64,000 bases of DNA from the human T2T-CHM13v2.0 reference genome, Homo sapiens. Under the pieces are notes generated by a model, which was given only the letters and a program-made list of their open reading frames with translations, did not search any database and had not been told where the DNA came from. A program made the translations under genes and the position numbers. The stretch's first letter is position 1; each line of letters starts with the position of its first letter. Where the stretch lies: assembly GCF_009914755.1 (NCBI RefSeq), contig NC_060930.1; one strand, 5' to 3'. This document shows positions 12,880 through 29,700 of this stretch, piece after piece.

Positions 12880-14630
12880 ATTATATCTGATGTAAGTACT
12901 TTGAAGATAACACTTTTTCAATAAAGACTTTTTCAGTTCCTCGTTCACTGATAGCTTTTGTCATAAATAAATGTTTACTGAACATGTTTTCCATATCTAT
13001 AGGGATAACTATACAATTTGTTTTATTTAATTTGTCAAATGACATAAATTTATTTTCTAAAGGATATTTCCATTCCTGAATAGACCCAGTGAGCTGTGGT
13101 ATATTTTTATACATATTGGTAGATTATTTTAACAAATATTTTACTTTTTATTTTATTAATAAAATATTTTACTTTTATTAATAAAATATTTTACTTATAT
13201 TTTATTAAGAATGTTTGCATCTCTGTTATAGATAACATTGGACTATAATTTTCCTTTATTTTACTATCTTTGCCTGGGTTTGTTGTTCAGATTATAGATT
13301 GAGGAATTTTTCTGATCTTTCTGTTTTTAGGAAGAAATTATGCAAGACTTGAATAATGTATTTCTTTAATATTTTATCAGCCTCAGCTATAAATTAATAT
13401 GGTTATGTTGTTTTCCTTGCAAAAATATTTTAAACTACTGGTTTAAGTTTAGTAATGATTATAAATGACTATTCAAATTTTCCATTTCTTCTCAATTCAG
13501 GTAAGTAGTATTTTCCAAGAATGTATTCATTTCATGTAAGTTGTAAAATGTAGTGGCCTATTTCTGCTCCTAATATCCTCATATTACTTTATTCCCCTCA
13601 TGGATTTCACATGCAGAAGATTGAGTTATTCATAATCTTTGGATGATGGCACATTTTCATTATGATCCATGTTAGGCCTCTTTCTCTTTCTTCCTTTTTT
13701 CTCTTTATTCTCCATTTCCCAACCCCATAGCCTATGGATTTGTGCCTACCTTTTTCTGTGATATTAAAATAATAACTCCAGCTTCCCTTATGATATGATA
13801 ATCCTTAAATATTTTGTACATCCTATGACTGAAGTTTTCTGTCTTGTTTAAGATGTATCTTTAGAACGCAAAAAAAAAATCTGGATATTGTACTTTTTAA
13901 CCGCTCCAATAATCTTTTCCTTTATTGATAAGTGTAGTATGTTTACATTTATAATGATTGCTAACATATTGCGATTGGCTTGCATCTTCTTACAAGCTTT
14001 CTACTTGAGTGGCTTCTTTATTTTACATTATTTTATTTGCTTTCCCATCTTTTCACTCTCACCTTCTTTAGATCACATTTTTTAAAACTTCCCCCTTTAA
14101 TTTTTCTCAATTCATTTTTTTCTCCTAACAGCCTGAAACTTTTGTGATCTGCATTTTTTTTTGCAAATCACAAAATCTTAAGCAATCTTACGTGACTTGA
14201 TTGCCAAGTTTTGCCAACAAATTAGGCATTATTGTTGTTGCTATTTTATTTATCACATCAATAATTTATGGATATATCTGCATACATGCAGTATCTTTGC
14301 TTGTAACTTTTACTCAATTAAACCTTGTATGTCAGATTGATTTCTATTAATATTTGTCAGAGGTAACTATTTAAAACTTTTTTCAGTAATAAGAACCCTG
14401 TGTGATAAAACTCCCTAAAATTTTGTGTGCCTGAAAAGAAATTTATTTTGCTGTGTTCTTAAAAGATAGCTTCACTGGGTATAGAATTCTAAGTTGAAAA
14501 TTATTTTTCTTAGTACATTAAACATATTCCACTTGTGGTTTCTCTTATCACTGTTAAGGAGCTGTGTCTAAATCTAAATGCTATTTTTTGATTTTATTTT
14601 TTGGTCTTTCTGGTTTCTTTTAAAACCATT

Positions 14631-14665
<35 letters not shown>

Positions 14666-14790
14666 CATTTTGCAATACACATTCTATGTCTAAGGATGGG
14701 TTTTTAAATTTATTTGTCCTGTTTGGGGATCCCTGAATTCCTTAGATCTGATAATTGGAATTTATCAACAATTTTGGAAAAAGTATAATC
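12880..14790 (-). mobile_element. Ancient L1M(E)/HAL1-like fragments
   Basis: Degenerate antisense ORF2 (ORF 12881..13114) and ORF1-like segment aaagatagcttcactgggtatagaattctaagttg; poly-T at 14633-14663. Confidence 0.55.
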
Positions 14791-14894
14791 TCTTTGAAGA
14801 GCTGCACTTGCCTGGAGCTTAGCCTCAGCCCTGGAGCTAAGGGAAGAATGAGAAATATCTCACGTGGAGTTTCCATCTTGCCACGCTGGTAGAT

Positions 14895-15050
14895 GGGAGA
14901 AGAAAAGGAAATTTGGACACAAACATGTAAGAAGAAAGAAGCTGCAAAGGCATAGGAAAAAGATGCCTATCTACAAGCCAAGAAGAGAGGTCTCAGAAGG
15001 AACTACTTCTGCTAACACCTGAACTGCAGACATCTGGTCTTCAGAATTGG
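14895..15050 (+). mobile_element. MLT1 (A/B-like) LTR fragment
   Basis: ggaaatttggacaca..atctacaagccaagaagagagg.ctcagaagga..ctgctaacacct. Confidence 0.65.
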
Positions 15051-15508
15051 TGACTTTGTCATGGAGGTCTAACTTGCTTGAAATTCTTGGTTACCTGAAG
15101 TATCTGGCATGTTGGAAGGAATCCTTTGGACTTTAGAATGCAATTACCAGGACTGGATGAATGGCTAATTGGATTAAGCGTTGCTTGGATTTGCTGTTCT
15201 AAAGCTGCTAAAGTACCTGCTTTTCTGGACTACCTAATGCCTGACCCCTTCACCCACTCCTGTGTCCCCTGTGTCTAGGGAACATCATATCTTTTTTTAA
15301 ATTTCTTTTTAATTGTACTTCAGGGCACATGTGCACAACGTGCAGGTTTGTTACATAGGTATACATGTGCCATGTTGGTTTGCTGCACCCATCAACCTGT
15401 CATTTACAGTAGGTATTTCTCCTAATACTATCCCTCCCGCAGCCCCCCACTCCCCGACAGGCCCCAGTGAGTGATGTTCCCTGCCCTGTGTCCAAGTGTT
15501 TCCATTGT

Positions 15509-19381
<3,873 letters not shown>

Positions 19382-19444
19382 TATGAGGTTAGCTGGTTAT
19401 TTTGCCAGTTTATTGCTGCAGTTTCTTCCTAGCATCTATGATCT

Positions 19445-20512
19445 TTACAATTTGGCATGTTTTTGCAGTGGCTGGTACCGGTTGTTCCTTTCCATGTTTA
19501 GTGCTTCCTTCAAGAGCTCTTGTAAGGCAGGCCTGGTGGTGACAAAATCTCTCAGCGTTTGCTTGTCTGTAAAGGATTTTATTTCTCCTTCACTTATGAA
19601 GCTTAGTTTGGCTAGATATGAAATTCTTGGTTGAAAATTCTTTTCTTTAAGAATGTTGAATATTGGCTCCCACTCTCTTCTGGCTGTAGGGTTTCTGCTG
19701 ACTGATCCACTGTTAGTCTGATGGGCTTCCCTTTGTGGGTAACCCAACCTTTCTCTCTGGCTGCCCTTAACATTTTTTCCTTCATTTCAATCTTGGTGAA
19801 TCTGACAGTTACGTGTCTTGGTGTTGCTCTTCTCGGGGAGTATCTTTGTGGTGTTCTCTGTATTTCCTGAATTTGAATGTTGGCCTGCCTTGCTAGGTTG
19901 GGGAAGTTCTCCTGGATAAAATCGTGAAGAGTGTTTTCCAATTTGGTTCCCTTCTCCCCATCACTTTCAGGTACACCGGTCAAACATAGATTTGGTCTTT
20001 TCACATAGTCCCATATTTCTTGGAGGCTTTGTTCGTTTCTTTTTACTCTTTTTTCTCTAATCTTGTCTTCTCATTTTATTTCATTAATTTGATCTTCAAT
20101 CACTGATATCCTTTCTTCCACTTGATCGAATTGGCTATTGAAGCTTGTGCATGCATCATGAAGTTCTCGTGCCGTGGTTTTCAGCTCCATCAGGTCATTT
20201 AAAGTCTTCTCTACACTGTTTATTCTAGTTAGCCATTCATCTAACCTTTTTTCAAGGTTTTTAGCTTCCTTGCGATGGGTTAAAACATTCTCCTTTAGCT
20301 TGGAGAAGTTCGTTATTACTGACCTTCTGAAGTCTACTTTAGCTTGGAGAAGTTCGTTGTTACTGACCTTCTGAAGCCTACTTCTGACAACTCATCAAAT
20401 CATTCTCCATCCAGCTTTGTTCCATTGCTGGCGAGGAGTTGTGATCCTTTGGAGGAGAAGAGGCACTCTGGTTTTTAGAATTTTCAGCTTTTCTGCTCTG
20501 GTTTCTCCCCAT
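19445..20512 (-). pseudogene. L1PA6 ORF1p, disrupted
   Basis: ATG at 20512, C-terminus ..YQPLQKHAKL*; 44-bp duplication causes a frameshift. Confidence 0.9.
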
Positions 20513-21572
20513 CTTTGTTGTGGTTTTATCTACCTTTGGTCTTTGATGTTGGTGACCTACAGATGGGGTTTTGGTGTGGTTGTCCTTTTTGTTGATGTTG
20601 ATGCTATTCCTTTCTGTTTGTTAGTTTTCTTTCTAACAGGTCCCTCTGCTGCAGGTCTGTTGGAGTTTGCTGGGGGTCCACTCCAGACCCTGTTTGCCTG
20701 GGTGTCACCAGCAGAGGCTGCAGAACAGCAAATATTGCAGAACAGCAAATATTACTGCCTGATCCTTCCTCTAGAAGCTTCGTCCCAGAGGGTCACCTGC
20801 CTGTATGAGGTGTCTGTCGGCCCCTACTAGGAGGTGTCTCCCAGTTAGGCTACATGGGGTTCAGGGACCCACTTGAGGAGGCAGTCTGTCTATTCTCAGA
20901 GCTCAAATGCCGTGCTGGGAGAACCACTGTTCTCTTCAGAGCTGTCAGACAGGGAAGTTTAAGTCTGCAGAAGTTTCTGCTGCCTTTTGTTCAGCTATGC
21001 CCTGCCCACAGAGGTGGAGTCTACAGAGGCAGTAGGCCTTGCTGAGCTGTGGTGGGCTCCACCCACTTTGAGCTTCCTGGCCACTTTGTTTACCTACTGA
21101 AGCCTCAGGAATGACAGATGCCCCTCCCCCCACCAGGCTGCAACCTTGCAGGTCAATCTCAGACTGGTGTGCTAGTAGTGAGCAAGTCTCCATGGGCATG
21201 GGACCCACTGAGCAAGTCATGGGAGAGAATCTCTTGGTTTGCCAGTTGCTAAGACCTTGGGAAAAGTGCAGTATTTGGGCTAGAGTGTCCTATTTTTCCC
21301 AGTACAATCTGTCATGGCTTCCCTTAGCTAGGAAAGGTATATCCCCCGACCCCTTGCCCATCCTGGGTGAGGCGATGCCCTGCCCTGCTTCAGCTCACCC
21401 TCCATGGGCTGCACCCACTGTCCAACCAGTCCCAAAGAGATGAACCAGGTACTTCAATTGGAAATGCAGAAATCACCAGTCTTCTGCATTGATCACACTG
21501 GGATCTACAGACTGGAGCAGTTCCTGTTCAGCTATCTTGGAATGGACCCCTATTATGGAGGGAACATCATAT

Positions 21573-22040
21573 ATTTTAAGGATAAAACTGCCTCTTAGAA
21601 GTTGCTATCGCCAAATACTTTCCCATCCTCCTATATAGCTAGGAAGCACAAGGCTGAGATTCTGCCAATCACAATTGGAATCAAAAGCCAGTGATAAGAA
21701 GAAACAGGTCCCTGGGCTAGAATCTGTTAGGAAGTGGGTTGGAGGCAGTTATATCCAAGCTACAGAGATAAATGAAAATAAGAACACTTTCTGTCAAAAC
21801 TTATGAGATGTAATTGAAACTACACTTAGAGAAATTTATAAGTGGCAACAAATCTGGTATACAGCCACAGTGATCCTTGAAGTGCTAGCTGTGGTCTCTG
21901 TACAGACTCGGTCCTTGTGACAAAGTTTTCTTCACTGGACTAATTCTCAGGTGGGCTTTGAGATAACATTCCTGGCTGTGTAGCCCCTAATTCTGGTTCT
22001 CTACCTTTCCTGGAGATCTTTGTGCCTCCTCACATTCTTT
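21573..22040 (+). mobile_element. Old ERVL LTR (LTR33-like); probably begins at ~15230 and is split by the L1PA6
   Basis: ttcccatcctcc..agctagg..ctgccaatca..gaatcaaaagccagtga and ttcctggctgtgtagccc motifs. Confidence 0.5.
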
Positions 22041-22049
22041 ATTACATGT

Positions 22050-22275
22050 TGTTCAAGCGTAGACAATAGTAGAGAGAATTGCATAATGAACAACTTGTAC
22101 CCATGACCCATATTCAACAATTATCAACACAGGACCAGTTCATCAATTGAAAAGTATATTTTAAAGAAATTCAAGACTTTATATCATTTCATCATAAGTA
22201 CGTCAGTTTGCATCTTTAATAGTTTTTTTAAAACTGTAATACCGTTATAGCCACTAACAAACAAAAAATTCCTGT
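22050..22275 (-). mobile_element. L1MC/ME 3' end fragment
   Basis: agtagagagaat..ataatgaac..gtacccat..ttcaacaattatcaac. Confidence 0.6.
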
Positions 22276-22299
22276 CTTCCAAAAGTAAAATTAAAAATA

Positions 22300-22590
22300 T
22301 AAGACAATATTGTGTGTGCATTGAAAAGAATAGTACATAGTGCCTCAATTTCTTAACCTAAGAAATAACCTAAGAAAATAAGCTAGAACTAATGTTGAAG
22401 TGGGCTTGAAACAATGTGGCACCTATAGAAGAATCAGTTTCTCAATATTTCTCAAAGGTAAACCAAGATTTGTTGATGTTTTGGATAGGGAATGTGAGAG
22501 GAAGAAAAGCTAAGATGACTCCATGAATTTTGGCTTGACTGGAAAAACATAAGTTGCCATTTTAGTGAGAGGGAGAAATAATATTAGGTA
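22300..22590 (-). mobile_element. L2 fragment
   Basis: gatttgttgatg..ggat..gtgagaggaagaaaag..aagatgactcca..ttttggcttga..gttgccattt. Confidence 0.65.
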
Positions 22591-23008
22591 AGTTGTGATT
22601 TCCAAAGTCTTTCCTGGTAATATAACAATTCTTGCTGGGTATAAGTAAAAACTCCTCCAAAAGATCAGATTGGTTCAGTACCTCTTTATGTTACTTCTTG
22701 AGCATTTTTCACACTTGCTAATCAAACTTAGGTTGGCAGCAGAGATAAAAATGATTGGTGGAGCTATGAGGAAATATTCACAGAGGCTAACAATTATCTT
22801 GCTTGACAGGCAGAAACAATGATACTTAAATGCCTTTAGGACTTGAAAGTGGCCTAAAAAACCCTAGCTTAAAGGAATGCCAGCTTTACCATAGCCACAC
22901 AGGAACCCTGACTTCACTATCTGTTTACTACTGCAAAAGAAATAAGGGAGTTTCTCCCCTCTCTTGGTTGAATTTTAACTCAGTACTAAATGCTGAAAAA
23001 TTAAATAT

Positions 23009-23089
23009 TTAGATTGGTACAAAAGTAATTGTGGTTTTTGTCATTAGGTTCAATGGCAGAAACCGTAATTATTTTTTGCACCAACCTAA
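23009..23089. mobile_element. MADE1 (Hsmar1-derived mariner MITE)
   Basis: ttagattggtacaaaagtaattg...taattattttttgcaccaacctaa terminal inverted repeats, ~80 bp, TA on the right flank. Confidence 0.9.
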
Positions 23090-23779
23090 TAGATTTAATT
23101 TTTCCTTTTTAATTAGAAGAAAAGGACTTGTTTATTTTCTCCCTGGGAGCAGAATGAAGAAATCTAGAACCATTTAGTATTCTGATATGTTTCATGTTGG
23201 TGGAAAATAATCAGATAAAAAACATAATTAGAAAAAGATATTTAACAGAAATCTTGAAAAATATATAAGAATAAATCTTAAAATTTATATAATGAACTTT
23301 TTTCTGGATACACACTGTTTTTTTTAATGTGTGGATTTCCTATAATCTAGGATGTTTTGTTACTAGACAAAACTTTTTAAAAAGAACACACTCAAATAGT
23401 AATTTTTAAAAAATACAAGAGTATATCAGAATCCAAATATTTTCAGTAATGACACGTTTTGTGTACTATATTAATAACCTACAGGCTAGCTCCTATGGCA
23501 ATCTTTCTTCCCCCTAATGAACAGTGCTGTGATCGCAGATATTTCAAACCAAATCTATCTCTTAACCTAAGAAAATAAGCTAAAAGAAAATCCAAATTTC
23601 CAGGGTCACCAAAGCAAGAATCTTTCCAAAAAGAATTTTATTTTTTTATTCTGAATACATTCCTGAAAGATAGTTTTCTAACTGAGCATTTCCTTCAATT
23701 CTTTGCCTCTCCTGATGACACTGCTAATTTGGTACCACTACATCGTCATCGGTACCAGGACGCCCGTCTTTAGTTTACA

Positions 23780-24365
23780 AACCACTGCTCCTGTGGCTGT
23801 GCCAGATGTAAAATACCTTGCCTTCTTTTGAAACCTTTACTATGACTCCAAGCCACCTTCCTCAGTTTTTTAATGAGCAGGCTTTTCAGTCTTTCCTTCT
23901 CATTCTCTGAAGGCTTTAATACGCAAATTACAGCTTTCCACCTCACATCATATTCCTGCCATCATTCTTGGTGACTGCAACAAACATGTGGATGATTTTT
24001 GCAACATTCTAATGTCTCAAGTTTCTTGCACTCTTATCTCTACCCATCTTCAATCCCTCAGTCACTGTCATATCCTAAAAGTTTTATCACCAAGGACTTA
24101 CCCACCTCAACCATTCGATTCAAATCTTAATTTCTGCCAACAACCTCTTCTCAGGACAACTTTCTCACTTAGTTTCTCCTAGCTTGTCTTTCCTCTGCCC
24201 TCTCTGGAATCTCATGCATCGGAACACTCTTTTTTTCCTGCTTTCCCTGCTCCTGCCTTTACATACATTCTTATTCAGTTTAGATGTCCAGGTTTATTAC
24301 TTCACTCTCCCCAGTATCTTCAATCTCACGTCAAATTCTCCTTCGATCCTATCTGCTGGGAACAA
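23780..24365 (+). mobile_element. L2 ORF2 (endonuclease region) fragment
   Basis: cctgccatcattcttggtgac..caacaaacatgtggatgat (LGDFN-like motif), pyrimidine-rich. Confidence 0.6.
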
Positions 24366-24371
24366 CATACC

Positions 24372-24830
24372 TGTATCCGTCAGGAATAGTTGTTGCAAGT
24401 GATGGAAACTGATCTGACTCATTAGAGCAGAAAGGAATGTATTAGAAAGATACTTACTTGGTAGCTTACAAAATAAGTTGGAAGGCAGGAGAATGAAGCT
24501 CAGAAAATAGGCGGGCATCAAGGGAGGTTCTGCAAAGAACCTGTGAGCAGGGTCAGGCCACAGGGACGTCTGAGTAGGGTGCTGATGTTGAAGCAGCCAG
24601 CCGCACTGACACGGCTCCTAGGAACAGTTCTGCCGCAGCATACCAATTCAGATACTGATGGATTAGCAAAGCTGTGCTGAGGCCACAAATGACTTCTAAA
24701 TTCTGTCTGTGCCTTTGTACCATTTTCTCAAGATTCAAAGTCTCAGGTGGGAGTATATGTTGGACTGAACCTGGTTCAAACAATCACATTCTGGTTTTAA
24801 GAATGGGAAGTAGAAAGTTCTGTCTCCTTC
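24372..24830 (-). mobile_element. Old MLT1 LTR (MLT1N/L-like)
   Basis: tgtatc.gtcagg..gttgcaag..gaaac..agcagaaaggaat.tattagaa..gtagct.acaa. Confidence 0.6.
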
Positions 24831-25044
24831 ATCTCATCACATTTATATTTTTTCCATCTTTTGTCTCATTTATTAATCTTCTGTGCTCTAGATCCTTCCT
24901 CTTTGCATTTTTTTTTTCAGTTTTTTACTTGGTTGATTCTTCTTCTTCTTATGGTATGTTGGAAAATTTATTATGCATGACCTGCCCTGTGCATTCCCCA
25001 TCCATTATATATTCCAAGGATGTTTAGAGAATTCTCACTTATGT

Positions 25045-25285
25045 AAAGCACTGAGCACCAGCCTCCTTGAAAAGTCATGTGGCGACTGTCTTCTTTAGCC
25101 CAGTGACCACCATATGTGATGCTGCCAGTAAGATAGGTTTCCTAATTTCAATAGGGAAGGGAAGATCCAAGAGCAACAGAAGCTTAGCAGCTGTGATTTA
25201 ATAGGACAAGGTAGGTACTTTTACCATAATGGAAAGTAGGGTTGAGTTGGTAATCTAAATATTTTAAGCCACAGGAATTTTTAGA
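25045..25285 (+). mobile_element. ERVL internal (gag-region) fragment
   Basis: gagcaccagc.tccttgaaaag..gatgctgcc..atttcaat.ggga..taccataatgg. Confidence 0.55.
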
Positions 25286-26164
25286 GGGGACTATTTATAA
25301 AAATGGGTCTGTATCAAAGGTGTTTTTAAATCCTTATTGGCAGAGCCACAAGATGATAAAGCTGTTTTTTTTTTTAAAAAAAAAACTATAGGGTAGAAAT
25401 AATTTATAGACATACAAAGAGAATGCTATATTAAGATTTCTAAATTGTGCACAAAAAAAAAATGTCAGTGCCCTACAGGGCATGCAATGTTTTCTACGTG
25501 ATAAAAATCCTTTGCATATCTACAGGATGAAATTAATCTGCACTGCTATAGAAACAGAATCATCTGCATAACTATCAGTTTTCTACTCTTCAACACCTAT
25601 CATTATAGAGTTGTAAAATACTATATTCAAAGGCACATCCCCCTAGGGGTTAGATAATCCTTGTTAGATAAGCCTCTTAGGCAATATTCTAGTATGACAT
25701 TGAAAGGACAAGCGGTTTTCCATTTGCTTATTTCCAAGCATTGGATTTTTTTTTGTGTGTTAACAGTTCCTCCCTTATAAACACAAATTCTCTTTATCCC
25801 TGGCTGCAGACAACCACTGACGTTTTATGTCACTATAAATTAGATTTGATCTCTTAGAGATTCTAGAAATAGAATCAGGTATAATGTACTCTTTTGAGTC
25901 TGGATATTTTGCTTAGTACAATGTCGTTGGGCTAAATATATTTTAGTGTTTACCAGTAGTAAATTTTGTTGTTGTTGTTGAGTTGTGTATGGACATCCCA
26001 AGATTTGTTTATCCACTTACTTCCTTTTTCGTGTCTTTTTATCTTTCCAGTTTTTAGCTATTTTGAATGAAGCTAAGGGTCTTCACATATAATAAGTCTG
26101 ATGTGAATGTTTTCATTTCTACTGGGTAAATAACTGAGTGATATTAATGAGTTACCTTTATAAG

Positions 26165-26613
26165 TATCAATTTAAATAAACAGGGAGAGGCTCTCTAAAA
26201 GAAAAGGATATTTATTTGGGAATAGAGCATAGCAATGGTAATACATGTGCCATAGTAAACCATATGCATATTCAAGGAGGTAAAGGAAGACAAAGATTTT
26301 TAAAGAAAAAATGAGGATGATTATACAATTGTTTTAAAATAATCCTCAGCTACAAAGATCAATTAAAAGGGTGACACCAGTCTGAGGGTTGACAGCCAGT
26401 TGCTGGGCAGATGTCCTTGCAGAAGTATTTTTTTGTATAAGGATGTGATGGTCTTTTTGCAAGATTATGATTTTCACAGATTCTTTTGTGATACTTTTTA
26501 TTATCAAGCATATGAGCAGGAGAACCCTCTCTTCATGGTGTTCCCTGGCTCTATTTGTCAGGGTTTTTTTTTTCAACATTAGTGACTCCACGTTGATTCT
26601 GACAATTTTCACA
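26165..26613 (-). mobile_element. ERV1 solo LTR (MER67-like)
   Basis: Minus strand begins tgtgaaaattgtcagaatcaacgtggagtcactaatgtt..ccctgacaaatagagcc. Confidence 0.65.
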
Positions 26614-26787
26614 GGAGAAACTGCCAACAAGTTTTTCAAAGCGGTTATATCATTTTAGAATCCCTTAGTGTATGAAAGTACCAGGGACTCCCCATCATTA
26701 CCAACAATTGATATTATCAGTCTGCTTTGTTTTAATGATCATAATGAGTATATAGCAATAACTTATTGCAGTTTTAATTTTCTTTTT

Positions 26788-29700
26788 TAAATTAATTTTT
26801 AAAATAATACTTTAAGTTCTGGGGTACATGTGCAGAACCTGCAGTTTTATTACATAAGTATACATGTGCCATGGTGGTTTGCTGCACCCATCAACCTGTC
26901 ATTTACATTAGGTATTTCTCCTAATGCTAAGCCTCCCCTAGCCCTCTACCCTCTGACAGGGCCTGGTGTGTGATGTTCCCCTCTCTGTGTCCATGTGTTC
27001 TCACTGTTCAACTCCCACTTATGAGTGAGAACATGTGGTGTCTGGTTTTCTGTTCTTGTGTTAGTTTGCTGAGAATGATGGTTTCCAGCCTCATCCATGT
27101 CCCTATAAAGGACATGAACTCATCCTTTTTTATGGCTGCATAGTATTCCATGGTGTATATGTGCCACATTTTCTTTATTCAGTCTTTCATTGATGGGTAT
27201 TTTGGTTGGTTCCAAGTCTTTGCCATTGTGAACAGTGCCACAATAAACATACGTGTGCCTGAGTCTTTATAGTATAATGATTTATAATCCTTTGGGTATA
27301 TACCCAGTAATGGGATTGCTGGGTCAAATGGTATTTCTAGTTCTAGATCCTTGAGGAATCGCCACACTGTCTTCCACAATGGTTGAACTAATTTACACTC
27401 CCACCAACAGTGTAAAAGCATTCCTATTTCTCCACATCCTCTCCAGCATCTGTTTTTTCCTGACTTTTTAATGATCGCCATTTTAACTGGCATGAGATGG
27501 TATCTCAATGTGGTTTTGATTTGCATTTCTCTAATGACCAGTGATGATGAGCATTTTTTCATGTGTTTGTTGGCTGCATAAAGTCTTCTTTTGAGAAGTG
27601 TGTCTGTTCATATCCTTCACCCACTTTTTGATGGGGTCGTTCATTTTTTTCTTGTAAAATTGTTTAAGTTCTTTATAGATTCTGGATATTAGCCCTTTTT
27701 CAGATGGATAGATTGCAAAAATTTTCTCCCATTCTGTGTAAGTTGCCTGTTCACTTTGATGATAATTTATTTTGCTGTGCAGATGCTCTTTAGTTTAATT
27801 AGATCCCATTTGTCTATTTTGGCTTCTGTTGCCATTGCTTTTGGCGTTTTAGTCATGAAGTCTTTGCCCATGCCTATGTCCTCAATGGTATTGCCTAGGT
27901 TTTCTTCTAGGGTTTTTACGGTTTTAGGTCTTATGTTTAAGTCTTTAATCCATCTTGAGCTAATTTTTTATAAGGTGTAAGGAAGGGATCCAGTTTCAGC
28001 TTTCTGCATATGGCTAGCCAGTTTTCCCAACACCATTTATTAAATAGGGAATCCTTTCCTCATTGCTTGTTTTTGTCAGGTTTGTCAAAGATCACATGGT
28101 TGTAGAGGTGTGGTGTTATTTCTGAGGCTTCTGTTCTCTTCCATTGGTTGATATATCTATTTTGGTGTCAGTACCATGCTGTTTTGGTTTCTGTAGCTTT
28201 GTAGTATAGTTTGAAGTCAGGTAGCATGATGCCTCCAGCTTTCTTCTTTTTACTTAGGATTGTCTTTGCAATGTGGGCTCTTTTTTGGTTCCATATGAAC
28301 TTTAAAGTAGTTTTTTTCCAATTCTGTGAAGAAAGTCAATGGTAGCTTGATGGGGATAGCACTGAATCTATAAATTACTTTGGGCAGTATGGCCATTTTC
28401 ACAATATTGATGCTTCCTATTCATGAGCATGGAACGTTTTTCCATTTGTTTGTGTCCTCTCTTATTTTCTTGAGCAGTGGTTTGTAGTTCTCTTTGAAGA
28501 GGTCCTTCACATCCCTTGTAAGTTGTATTACTAGGTATTTTATTCTCTTTGTAGCAATTGTGAATGGGAGTTCACTCAATTTGGCTGTCTGTTTGTCTGT
28601 TATTGGTGTATAGGAATGCTTATGATTTTTGCACATTGATTTTGTATCCTGAGACTGCCTCTCTAGACTCCTCCTCTCTGGACAGGGCATCTCTGAAAAA
28701 TAGGCAGCAGCCCCAGTCAGAGACTTATAGATAAAACTCCTATCTCTATGGGACAGAGCACCTGGGGGAAGAGGCGACTGTGACACAGCATTAGCAGACT
28801 TAAATGTACCTGCCTGACAGCTCTGAAGAGGGCAGTGGTTCTCCAAGCACAGTGTTTGAGCTTTGATAAGGGACAGACTGCCTCCTTAAGTGTGTCCCTG
28901 ACCCCTGTGTATCCTGACTGGGAGACACCTCCCAGTAGGGGCTGACAGACACCTCATACACGAGAGTTCTGGCTGGCATCTTGTGGGGGCCCCTCTGGGA
29001 CCAAGCGTCCAGAGGAAGGAATAGGCAGCAATCTTTGCTGCTCTGCACCCTCCACTGGTGATGGCCAGACAAACAGGGTCTGGAATGGACCTCCAGCCAA
29101 CTCCAGCAGACCTGCAGCAGTGGGTCTGACTGTTAGAAGGAAAACTAACAAACAGAAATGAATAGTATCAGCATCAACAAAAAGGACATCCACTCAGAGA
29201 CCCCATCCAAAGTTCACCAACATCAAAGACCAAAGGTAGGTAAATCCACAAAGATGGGGAGAAACCAGTGCAAAAAGGCTGAAAATTCCAAAAACCAGAA
29301 TGCTTCCTCTCTTCCAAAGGATCACAACTCCTTGCCAGCAAGGGAACAAAACTGGGCGGAGAATGAGTTTGATGAATTGACAGAAGTAGGTTTCAGAAGG
29401 TGGGTAAAAACAAACTCCTCCCCAATGCAAGGAAGCTAAGAATCTTGAAAAAAAGTTTAGATGAACTGCTAACTAGAAAAACCAGTTTAGAGAAGAACAT
29501 AAATGACCTGTTGGAGCTGAAAAACACAGCATGAGAACTTCATGAAGCATACACAAGAATCAATAGCCGAATCAATCAAGCAGAAGAAAGGGTATCAGAA
29601 ATTGAAGATCAACTCAATGAAATTGAGTGAGAAGAGAAGATTGAGAAAAAAGAGTGAAGAAATGAACAAAGCCTCTAAGAAATATGGGGCTATGTGAAAA

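Noticed and set aside
20720-20753. 17-bp duplication gcagaacagcaaatatt in the L1 5'UTR
   Set aside because: Matches a subfamily-level feature of L1PA5/6-era 5'UTRs
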